The position numbers and the translations under genes were made by a program. The notes beneath the pieces are model-generated. The model had not been told where the DNA came from, made no database searches, and saw nothing but the letters and a program-made list of their open reading frames with translations. A DNA stretch of 64,000 nucleotides, from assembly GCA_002104905.1 (NCBI GenBank), contig MCFE01000055.1, positions 124,001-188,000 on the forward strand, written 5' to 3'. Shown piece by piece: positions 54,082 through 64,000 of this stretch; the stretch's first letter is position 1, and the number at the start of each line of letters is the position of its first letter. This stretch comes from Basidiobolus meristosporus CBS 931.73. Taxonomy: Eukaryota > Fungi > Basidiobolomycota.

Positions 54082-55535
54082 ATGCCGACAAGCCTTGATA
54101 TGGAAGCGCAACTCAAGGAATCAATCGCTTATTTGAAAACCTTGACAGCAGTGCGGGAGAGATCGCAGCAAATATTTGACCTTGTCACCAAGAAAGACAA
54201 AGGGCACTTTGCCGTTCACTTGAATAAACTAGAGAATGTTGCGGACTTCGTCCTAGATATTATCATGCGAGATTACGATTCACCTAAAGAAGTGCCTCCC
54301 CATAGTCGTTGGAGACATTTTGATGTTGGAGGTGTTCCACGGGTTCAGCAGCTGATTGATTCCTGGTCCGGTAAAGCGGAGAAGCCCGAGTTGACCCGAA
54401 GAATACTAGACCTATTTGTTGTGTCGGTGCTGTTGGATGCAGGTGCTGGAAATGTTTGGACTTACAAAGAGTCTAGTACTGGAAGTGTCTTCAATCGTTC
54501 CGAAGGACTCGCCATAGCTTCATTGGCTATGTTCAATTCGGGTGCATTTTCGAGCGATCCTAATCAACCATATCAAGTAGACGCCGCTGCCTTACGGAAA
54601 CTGACAGTAGGCCAGCTCAGCGATGGCTTCCAGGTGTCCGAAAAGAATCCGTTGGAAGGATTGCAAGGCCGTTGCGAGCTACTCAACCGACTAGGAGAGG
54701 CACTGCAGAACAACCCGCAGTATTTCGGCAAAAAAGAAAATGGTGAACCGAGACCAGGAAATCTGCTGGATTATCTGCTAAGCATCGCCAAAAACAACCT
54801 GTCCGTCCCGATCGATAGATTGTGGGAGGCAGTCATAACCGGCTTCTCTCAAGTGTGGCCTTCCACCAGAACCGTCATCAATGGTGAATCGCTGGGTGAC
54901 GTATGGCCGTCAGACATTCTGAAAGGTATTGAAGGCAAAGGTCTCCCTACCGACGAGCTAGTACCGTTCCATAAGTTGTCTCAATGGCTCACGTACTCTC
55001 TGATGGAACCCATGACCAAGGTGATGGGAATCAAATTCGAGCAAGTTCAGAAAATGACTGGTCTTCCGGAATATCGGAATGGTAAGACGCATGGCATCGA
55101 ACTTCAATAGCATTGGTATTCACGGATATTTTAGGTGGATTGTTTGTAGATCTTGGAGTATTGACCCTCAAGGACAATGACCAAGAGAGAGGGCTTGCAC
55201 AAAGTGATCAATCAGGGAAAGAGACCGTGCCCAAATTTGCTCCCTTCGATCCTGTGGTAGTAGAATGGAGAGCTTTGACAATCGTTCTCTTGGATATGAC
55301 AGCAGAAAAAATCCGGGAGAAACTTGGGGTGAACAGCGAGGAGCTGCAACTGGCATCTATACTGGAAGGCGGAACTTGGAAAGTAAGTCGTTAGTTAGGC
55401 TATGTCGTGGTGAACGCATTGGACCCAATCTGATTGCGATCTATCAATTAGGCCGGCCGTGAGATTGCTGCCCAACTTCGCCCCCAGACGAAGGGCCCTC
55501 CTATTGCAATCGTTTCCGATGGTACCGTTTTTTAG
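54082..55535 (+). CDS. URC4: URC4/Urg3 (DUF1688) uracil catabolism protein
   Basis: YLKTLTAVRERS, VPPHSRWRHFDVGG, LFVVSVLLDAGAG, RSEGLA, FHKLSQWLTYSL, TGLPEYRN|GGLFVD, VEWRALT, LEGGTWK|AGRE, SDGTVF*. Confidence 0.92.
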
Positions 55536-55658
55536 GAGCTAGCAACAGCTGTCACCCATGGTATTCCAACAAAACCCAGTTATATACGTTGCTGCATATG
55601 GTTTAATTGCCAATTAAATATGATCTGTAAATCATCTTCGTAAATGTCTTGTCAGTCT

Positions 55659-55660
<2 letters not shown>

Positions 55661-55688
<28 letters not shown>
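55661..55688. repeat. (GT)14 microsatellite
   Basis: Directly visible, between the converging 3' ends of URC4 and the YccF gene. Confidence 0.98.
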
Positions 55689-55691
<3 letters not shown>

Positions 55692-55975
55692 GATGAGAGT
55701 GGCGCAGAAGAGGCAACAAATAAGAGAATGCGATAGTTCGGCTCTAAGCAGTTGTGACTGCTGAATAGGACAGGCCATTCCATATCTGGTGAATCGTAAT
55801 TCAAAGATACAGGACAACATTTGGCTTCCCGGGTTTACAGCACGTCTTTATTAGTATTTATGAACAGAATACGGAAGAATTTAATTGTATGGGACATTGC
55901 AGATAGGTCTTATTACAACGAATATGTAACATTAGATTAAGGCTCAGTGTATGCACACTCAATCGTATCAATGAT

Positions 55976-56371
55976 TTAAGGGATTTGTTCCATGCCCTCC
56001 TCGCCAATGTGCTGACCGAACGGCCATAGAGAAAGCTTCGCAAGTTTCCAATGTTGCATCGCGAAGGGGAAACCGATGATGGTGACGGCAAAAACCAGTG
56101 CGAAAGATAAGTGAAGTAAGAATGCTTCCCAACCTAACAAGAAAAGCCAAAGAACGTTCATCACGAGGCGAATGCCGTCAACGTCAATTCGAGGATTGAG
56201 TTGTTGCTCGAAAGGGAAGAGGGCAAGAATGCTGAGTTTGAAGCATTCATAGCCAAATGGAATACCGACAATCGTTAACATACACAGAATACCACCCAAA
56301 AGGTAATATAGGCCAAAAATCCATCCGCCAAGGACAATCCAAAGAATGTTTCCAACTACTCCGATGATCAT
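55976..56371 (-). CDS. Stand-alone YccF-domain (inner membrane component) protein, intronless
   Basis: Two tandem YccF repeats: GNILWIVLGGW...TIVGIPFGYECFKLSILALFPF and NVLWLFLLGW...TIIGFPFAMQHWKLAKLSLWPFG. TATATAA about 80 bp upstream. Confidence 0.88.
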   Translation of the reverse strand: MIIGVVGNILWIVLGGWIFGLYYLLGGILCMLTIVGIPFGYECFKLSILALFPFEQQLNPRIDVDGIRLVMNVLWLFLLGWEAFLLHLSFALVFAVTIIGFPFAMQHWKLAKLSLWPFGQHIGEEGMEQIP

Positions 56372-57579
56372 TGCGAAGATTACTGTGGCAGGGTTTAGTG
56401 AAAAAGAGAAAAGAACGAAGCAACTGTCGATTCACCCGCATATAGGCACTTATATATAGCGAGCCAATCGTAGTCAGTGACGTCACGGTTACCATCATCG
56501 CCTATTACGATTAGAAAGGTTAGCATGTGAGCTATATGTCTGAAAGTATTCTAATCGAATTCTAGTTGGGCAGCAGTGTTCTACATATTCAGGGCGTTAC
56601 ATGTATGCTGCGTCATCATTGATTATACTCAACTCAGTTTAGTATCTATTACCATAACATACTTGATTTGGACTGGAGCGTGCTCATCATCAATGAACTA
56701 AGCATAAGAAGTACACATCAACATTTGCATAGCTCGCAGTTTAAACTAGGTGACCAATATGACTATGCTTACCTGGATTTGCAAGAACGTGTCTATTGCC
56801 ACAGTTTGTTTCAACTATAGCGGTAACTTGGACGGCAATATCTTGACATTGATATTTGCTAGTTAGTTTAGTTAATAGGGGTGGATCGCGATTTTTCAAA
56901 AATGTCAAGAACATCATTGCCGTATTTACATTTCGCTCACTAAATGCCCCATAAATATTGGGGAGACTCTTGCTTCAAATTAAGGACAATAGGGGCTGCG
57001 ATCAGAGTTCATAGCAGGCTATCTAGCCTTTGTGATGCATGTTCACCGATTCTTCTCACCCCACCCTTCAAATATGCATCTTCATACGGGTGTGCACAGC
57101 CTGGAATAGCCTAGCACGCAGAAATGCCAAGCTTTCATTGCTTTGTAAATTGCTTTTACCCAATATGGCAGAACGGGTTATGCTGCGCCATCAATCGTCA
57201 TCAACTTGCACGAGATTTCATGCACGATCCTTTAATTTGCTTTCATTACTACCCTAAACCAAACTCTACACCACAGCGATGCTACCACTTTCCCAACGAA
57301 TCCAAGGTTAAGTACATAAAAAGTAATCCAGTCTGTACAAGATACATGGAAAAACTCATAATGAATCAGAATCAAGGCTACTATCCAATATCAATGTTGT
57401 ATTACTCACCATAATATTATCGCCGAAATTAAAAGTTCTTGTATCAAGGCCTAAATCACCAGCTGTGGCAAAGTAAAGCGCTCTGCACTATCCTTTTGCC
57501 TAAGGGTGGCATCGACAATGGACTGGGGATACATTATTCATTACAGCAATAAAGAGCAACTGTGTCCGAAATGCTGTTC

Positions 57580-59007
57580 TTAACCAAGATTCTTCAATTC
57601 CATGTCCGCCTCGTGACTTTCTAGTACCATGGTGTATGGATATTCCTGTTGGAGAAAACGTTTGAAGGTGTGCTGATACATCAGAAGCTTTACTTCGGTT
57701 AAGGCTTGGTCCAGCATGTCAAGCGCGTATTCATCCTCACGGATCTTTCTTTCAATCTCAGCGACGATTTCGCCCTTGAGATTTACTTGGTAGTCAGAGT
57801 CCATCTGGATAAACGTTTCATATATAGATTTTAGTTCGGCTCGAATCTCAACTGGTAGTCGATCTTCCTTGGCAGGGTCGTGATTTTTAACGAAGGCAGT
57901 AGGAGTAGTTCTCAATCTGAGGTAGCGTTCGTAGAATAGTGCGTTCTCGATACTGAAGTCCTTGACAGTAAACGCCTTGAATTTTTCGAAGAGAATGGGG
58001 TGTTCCAGAACTTCCTCAAAGCTGGGCAATTTACGCCCATTCAGATAATTCTTAGCTCTCTTGTTAGTTTGATAGATTTCGACCAATGGTAAGCCACAGT
58101 TTAGGAGATGTATGGACCACAAAGTACAAAAGCCCCAGGTACCTACCGGTATTATGGCTCGCACATCGTATAGGGCAGGAGTATAACTAAAGAGTAAATG
58201 CAAGAAGAACCCTGTCCCGGTTGCCATTACTATAAGGGATAACTCCTTGACAATGTTATATGCATCGGAGACGCCTCGGATATATCGGATAACTATACTG
58301 CCGAACAAGAAAATCTCGCAGGAGCCGATTACATACACAGGGATGTACTCCCAGCCATTGAAACAGTCCAATCGCAGAGGCGCAGTGAAGCTGTAGTTCT
58401 GGGTGAATGCTTGTACGGCCACAGTTAGTGCAATATGGAATAGAGTAAGTCCGCCAAGAATGCGAATGAGGAATCGATCCTCAAAGATATAGGAGTGGCG
58501 CTGAATCCAATTACTTTCAATATCGTAGTCTTGCGATAGCTTGAGATTTGTTGAGGAATCGATGGTCAGGAGCACGATAGAAGGCTCGTTCCCTTGGTCT
58601 TTGTTGGATTGGATGGAATTGGTTTTACTTTTTTCCTTCAACCCTTCCTGGCGGCGTCTTTCTGCCTTCAATTTGGCTAGCGATGATCGATAGAGATAGG
58701 TGACACGAAGGAACTTCCCGACGGTAGTCAACATCGTCACTGGTGTTAATAGAGAGCCGAACCATAGAGTAACAAAGCACGGTAGGAAACTGGCAAATAC
58801 GGGGCCCATTAGGTAAACTGTGGAGAGCACGATGTTTGCAGCAACCCCAATCATGGTAATCAACAAACTACGAGATCGAATACCGGGATGCTCGCGGTAC
58901 TTCCAGAAGAAGAATGTGGTAATCAGGACAGAAGACACATACAGTACGTATACCACAAATATGGATGCTTTCTGCCCGTTGGAGACAGGGAAATCCTCGG
59001 TAGCCAT
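57580..59007 (-). CDS. 7TM-RGS fusion protein (GprK/RGS1-like architecture), intronless
   Basis: Seven TM-like segments followed by the RGS signature FEEVLEHPILFEKFKAFTVKDFSIENALFY...IYETFIQMDSDYQVNL...LMYQHTFKRF. Confidence 0.85.
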   Translation of the reverse strand: MATEDFPVSNGQKASIFVVYVLYVSSVLITTFFFWKYREHPGIRSRSLLITMIGVAANIVLSTVYLMGPVFASFLPCFVTLWFGSLLTPVTMLTTVGKFLRVTYLYRSSLAKLKAERRRQEGLKEKSKTNSIQSNKDQGNEPSIVLLTIDSSTNLKLSQDYDIESNWIQRHSYIFEDRFLIRILGGLTLFHIALTVAVQAFTQNYSFTAPLRLDCFNGWEYIPVYVIGSCEIFLFGSIVIRYIRGVSDAYNIVKELSLIVMATGTGFFLHLLFSYTPALYDVRAIIPVGTWGFCTLWSIHLLNCGLPLVEIYQTNKRAKNYLNGRKLPSFEEVLEHPILFEKFKAFTVKDFSIENALFYERYLRLRTTPTAFVKNHDPAKEDRLPVEIRAELKSIYETFIQMDSDYQVNLKGEIVAEIERKIREDEYALDMLDQALTEVKLLMYQHTFKRFLQQEYPYTMVLESHEADMELKNLG

Positions 59008-60135
59008 GCTAAGTGATATATGTACTTTCTATAGGTGTGTTGAAGGCAGATACTACCGAGTACTGTTTGTGCCCAACCGGCCTTTTATAGCTGCCTTATG
59101 TTAGTGCTGAGAGTAATAATCTCTGTATAGTATAATGAGTTGGGTATTTTTCATACCCCCTTCCCTTTTCTAGTCATATTTCTTCATAGCTCCTCACTAT
59201 TTAGGTGTGAGCTGAACGTATACAGAGCAGTATATCACGATCTTTTGTTGCAACCTTATTCTAACAAACGAGGCTAACGTAAACCTGGAATAATTGCATA
59301 TACTCCTGAGACGATATATTCAGATGAGCAGAGATGGATTTAACAAATCGATTATCTCCTGAGCATCGCGAATCGTTTGGTTTCATCTGGGTGAGTTATC
59401 CTTGAAAGTATTACACACTGAACAGTCATATAAAAGGATACATTGCAAGGCAATGATATTAGCACACCTACAATAATGCATGCCCCGCCTCTTGGCTTTA
59501 CTTTTGGTAAATTGGCCGATTGGCTTAATGCTCGCCAATTATTCAACCAGCGTAAGCAGGACTACGCTCTCCTATCTCTCAAGATTCGTGTGTAACTCCA
59601 CCACCATTGGAGGCATTTGCATGAAATGATATCAATCCGTACCCTGATTAGTGGGTTTCCCCATCATTGCTCACTGTACAATGAAGATGAAAACTCTATT
59701 CTCTTCGAAACAAGGGATGGTTTAATGATCCACCGCCTGTTAATCTAACCATCGTGTATCTAACGAATAATGTCCTCCTGATGGGACGCGTATAGGCCAC
59801 ACTATCCCATACCCCAGGCCGTTAGGCTTATGCTCTGCATAAAATAAAATGTCTCAGCCGTGACGCACCACTTACTTATACCGCAGGGAGGGCGCAAATC
59901 ATACGCGAACTCAACATTCCTGAGCACATATTGAGCCTATGAATCCCTCATGACATACAGTCTCCTGGTATTGTTGGATAAATCAGCCAGCTCCCGATTA
60001 GTATAGATTGCAACACAAAACCACAGCTTAGTATCTGACAGTGGAGAAAGTCTGTTTGGCTTAGAAAACCATGGTGTCAATTTAGGGTTGAACAGGATAA
60101 GCGAACCATGTTAACTTTAATTTGGAACGAACTAG

Positions 60136-60564
60136 TTATTTCAACAGCATATCCATGGACTCTACTCTCTGAACGCCCGCCATTGCCTCAACCTCAATCT
60201 CCACCACGAGTTGTGGATCGATAAGCCCGGAAACTTCTACCATTGTTGTGGTTGGGAAAATCTCATCCAATGCCTCTTTATGGGCCTTCGCCACCTTTTC
60301 CCAATTGTCTTTGATATTGACGACAAACATCCGGACACGGTACACATCTTTCAAGCTGGCTCCTAGGCTCCTTAATGCCAGTTCTGCAGTCTGGAAAATA
60401 CGGAGTGTTTGGTGATAGGCATCGTTAGGATGAACAATCGCTCCGGTCTCTGGATCGGTAGATGTGGTTCCAGTAACTATAATCTGATCCCCCATGCGGA
60501 TTGCCCGTGAGTAGCCAACCTTATGCTCCCAAGGACTATTACTTTTAAGGTTTGTCCGAATCAT
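60136..60564 (-). CDS. Rid (YjgF/YER057c/UK114) family protein, intronless
   Basis: SPWEHKVGYSRAIRMGDQIIVTGTT, QTLRIF...LGASLKDVYRVRMFV, PTTTMVEVSGLIDPQLVVEIEVEA. Confidence 0.88.
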   Translation of the reverse strand: MIRTNLKSNSPWEHKVGYSRAIRMGDQIIVTGTTSTDPETGAIVHPNDAYHQTLRIFQTAELALRSLGASLKDVYRVRMFVVNIKDNWEKVAKAHKEALDEIFPTTTMVEVSGLIDPQLVVEIEVEAMAGVQRVESMDMLLK

Positions 60565-60891
60565 AAGGAACGCGGTTGAATCACCAGGAGCTTTATATGA
60601 GAGATCGCATCATTGTGACTCAGAGTCGTGAGAAACCGTTTGTTGCCATTTGCCACCTAGTTTCTGAACACATGTTACGAGAATTGCCACGCACTTGGCT
60701 GTACCCTCCAGATGATCGCTGAGATTGCATAAAATCGGGTATAGCCTTTTCAATCGCTATGATATCATTTTTTCTGGAAAATCTCGTCTGGTCGCCCGCA
60801 GCAATGGCCGGAATTTGATTCATTGAAAATTTAGCATTTACCTTGTGAAGTTGTACATCTTCGTGGAATACCAATCCAGCAAGCCAAAGAT

Positions 60892-63800
60892 ATGTTCTTG
60901 CATTTAAGACATTGTGGTCGAACAAGACCAGCAACACTGCTGAAAGGTGGAATTACAGGCGGACTGAGTAAAAGAACTGTACTCCCCTCTATTACTAAAC
61001 TCCAACAAAAGCAATATTCAACTGTTCTTGAGAGTGATTGTGGGTCTTTGTGTAATGGTCTCCCTTCTCGATAGACTATTAATCGACTATTTCTTGTTTG
61101 CGAATAGCGGCATTTGCTCCAGGCCAGGTTATTCATGGGTTTAAAGTAGAAGAGGTTAGTCGCTGTTGTGGTGCTGGTTTTACCCGTTGTGCCATTCTAA
61201 ATGTAGAGTTCTCTTTTCGTGTCTAGGTTAGGGACGTCAAGGAGTTCAACTTGACCGCTATCAAACTTAAGCATGAGAAAACTGGAGCAGAGTATCTGCA
61301 CCTTGCCCGTGACGATAGCAATAATGTCTTTAGGTAGGCTCCATTTGCAACAAGAGATTGCCAATTTACTTACCATAACTATTACCAGTGTTGGATTTTC
61401 CACCGCTCCGAGCGATAACACCGGAATCACACACATTTTGGTAGGTGATCTATTGCAAAATCCATGTACACATGATTTCTAACCGATTCGCAGGAACATA
61501 CCACTTTGTGCGGTTCGGAAAAATTCCCAGTTAGAGACCCATTTTTCAAGATGCTCAACCGTTCCATGTCAACCTTCATGAACGCTTGGACTGGTATGGG
61601 GCTATTTGGTAGTCGTGACAGTGCGCATCTTTAGGTCTAACATCAAAGATTCCTGTGTCAAATAGCTAGCGATTATACTCAATATCCATTCGCTACGCAG
61701 AATCCTGCGGACTATGCTAACCTTCGTGATGTTTACATGGATGCCGTATTCGCTCCCAAGTTACGCAAGTTGGATTTCCTTCAGGAGGGTTGGCGTATTG
61801 AAAATGAAGACTTGAGCAGTATGTACAAGTCATAAGAATGAGGTTATGTACTTACTAAACACGTAGCTATTGTATAATTTAGATGCTAGTTCACCACTAA
61901 TCTTCAAAGGTGTCGTGTATAATGAGATGAAGGGATCGCTGGTATGTTGAATTTCCTTCATGCATCCCTTGTATTCGCTATTTAAGCGTAGGCTTCGTAG
62001 TCGGATTCTGGCACTCTCTTCTACCATCGCTCTCAACAAAACATGTTCCCTGGCACCACTTATGGGTATGTCAGTGGGGGTGATCCGCAATATATTACAG
62101 ATCTTACCCATGAAGATCTTGTTCATTTCCATCACACTCATTACCATCCAACCAACGCGAAGTTTTTCTCCTATGGTATGCTTTTGCTCGCTTGATATCT
62201 ATTGGCTTGATTATCTAAGTACCTTTCTGCAGGTAACTTCCCACTGAAGAACCAACTTGAGTCTGTAGACGAAAAGATTAGCAAATTTGAGCCCATCAAG
62301 ATTCAGGACCCTAACAAAATTGTTACTCCTTTTACGTCTCCCAAGAAAGTTGTTGCCAACGGGCCTTTTGATTCATGTAAGTTTCCATGTACGTAATGAT
62401 TGCTCGCTAAATATAATTATTAACATTTTATTTCAGTAGGAAATCCGGAGAAACAGACAAAGATGTCTGTTTCTTATTTGACTAATGATTCGACAGTATG
62501 TGTTCAGAAATTTCGAAATCCTAATCTTCTGACTAACGAATATGGTGTAATTCTCTAATAGGATGTATTCGAATCATTCAGCATGAACATTTTATCTGGA
62601 TTGCTCTTAGATGGACCAGCTTCGCCTATGTATAAAGCTCTCATCGACTCTAACCTTGGTTCTGAGTACTCGTCCAACACCGGATATAATACATCTACCA
62701 GGTATATTGCTTAATCACTTAGTTAATAAGGTTATACTTACATGCATCTATTTGTAGAACAAGCTCCTTCAGTGTGGGGCTACAGGGAATTGGATCAAAT
62801 GACGTTGATCTGGTATGCACATGATATAATTAGGCCTAATTTGCAGTATTAATCGTTATTTATTTCTCTAGGTTGGGAATACTATTCAGCAAGTCTTGGA
62901 AAAAGCGCATCAAGAAGGGTTCAGCAAACGCAGGATTGATACCATTGTCCATCCGATTGAGTTGGCTAACAAACATGTGCGTAATCTAACGCATTTATAT
63001 TCTTTAATCTTAAATCAATCTAATTATGTTCAAATAGAAAACTGCCAACTTTGGCCTGACCATTATGCAAGCTGTTTCATCAAGTTGGTTCCATGGCAAC
63101 AACCCTATTGATTTGTTGGAGCTAGACCAGGTACGTTTATACTTTATTTGAGCAGCAAGGGAATATACTGACCGGTATATTATATCAGAATCTTAAGCGA
63201 ATCAAGGAGGAGGCTCCCCAAAAGGGGTTCTTTGAATCCAGAATCGAGAAATACTTCCTTAACAATCCTCACAAGCTCACATTTGTTATGGAACCCGATA
63301 ATAAGTACAATGAACAGCTGCTTGAAAATGAATCTGTGCGCTTGAGCAAAATCACATCCAAGCTCAATGATTCTGATAAGCAACATATCTTCCAACGAGG
63401 ACTCGATTTACGTGCCAGTCAAGAAGCCGTTGAAGGTTGGTTGAAAACTAGTCAAATATGGTGTTCTTATTAACTGACGAGTATTTTGATGAAGATATTT
63501 CGTGCCTCCCATCCTTGACTCTCGCTGATATCCCATTGAAGGGTGAAAGAACTGCTTTGGACCATAGCGCAATTGACGAAGTTCCTGTACAATGGCGTTC
63601 CACGTCCACTAATGGAATCTCGTACTTGCGTGCTATCAGTACCCTGCGCGACTTGCCTGAAGAATTGAAGATCTACTTGCCACTCTTCTGTGATGTCGGT
63701 ATATTAATGTGTGATACTTTAAACTATTTGCTAAATCCTCGTTATATAGTCATTGACCTTCTTGGGTACCAAGACCAAGACTATGGCCGAAATCGATGAA

Positions 63801-64000
63801 GAGATTCGTCTTTATACTGGTGGAATTTCATTTTCTCATTTCCTTTCCCCTAATCATTCAGGTAGGCCATCTCCCTCAATTTTGCTCGAAATTAGGTATC
63901 TAACTGCTCTATGCAGATGTCGACCAATTTGAGGAAGGCGTATCTTTCTCATCTCATGCTCTTGATGCAAACACCCCTCAGATGTATGACATGATTTTGA
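60892..64000 (+). CDS. CYM1: Mitochondrial presequence protease (M16C, Cym1/PreP), 5' part
   Basis: Basic, presequence-like first exon ([14 protein letters not shown]...). Then [27 protein letters not shown]|[33 protein letters not shown] (HxxEH) and FLQEGWR. Many introns, runs off the window. Confidence 0.93.

Overview
Intron-rich eukaryotic DNA from a fungus, most likely an early-diverging lineage (Zoopagomycota/Mucoromycota-like; Basidiobolus would fit, but that is inference). I reconstructed about 22 protein-coding genes by hand across short GT-AG introns. They are: an AreA/Gat1-like GATA factor (partial), a Set9 H4K20 methyltransferase, an SLC35F6-like transporter, NAA50, cystathionine beta-synthase, an Hv1 proton channel, a 48-aa secreted Cys peptide missed by the ORF track, adenosine kinase, a PMP47-like carrier, a metacaspase, a TBC RabGAP, a Sel1-repeat protein, UPRT, URC1/Urg1, a mitochondrial carrier, a PHOSPHO-type HAD phosphatase, AMP deaminase, an orphan 7TM protein, URC4/Urg3, a stand-alone YccF protein, a 7TM-RGS protein, a Rid-family protein and presequence protease (partial). 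The most notable signals are: (1) a loose uracil-catabolism (URC) neighbourhood with a bacterial Upp-type UPRT head-to-head with URC1, URC4 about 20 kb away, and a phosphatase and a Rid protein nearby as possible extra components; (2) Set9 fused in one reading frame to PWWP-like and chromo-barrel reader domains; (3) intronless bacterial-looking genes (YccF, Rid); (4) a hexapeptide-periodic Q/N/Y prodomain on the metacaspase; (5) a roughly 0.9 kb foldback element with about 290-bp inverted arms. No rRNA, intact tRNA or CRISPR array was seen. All family assignments come from remembered motifs, not database searches, and all splice models are manual predictions.
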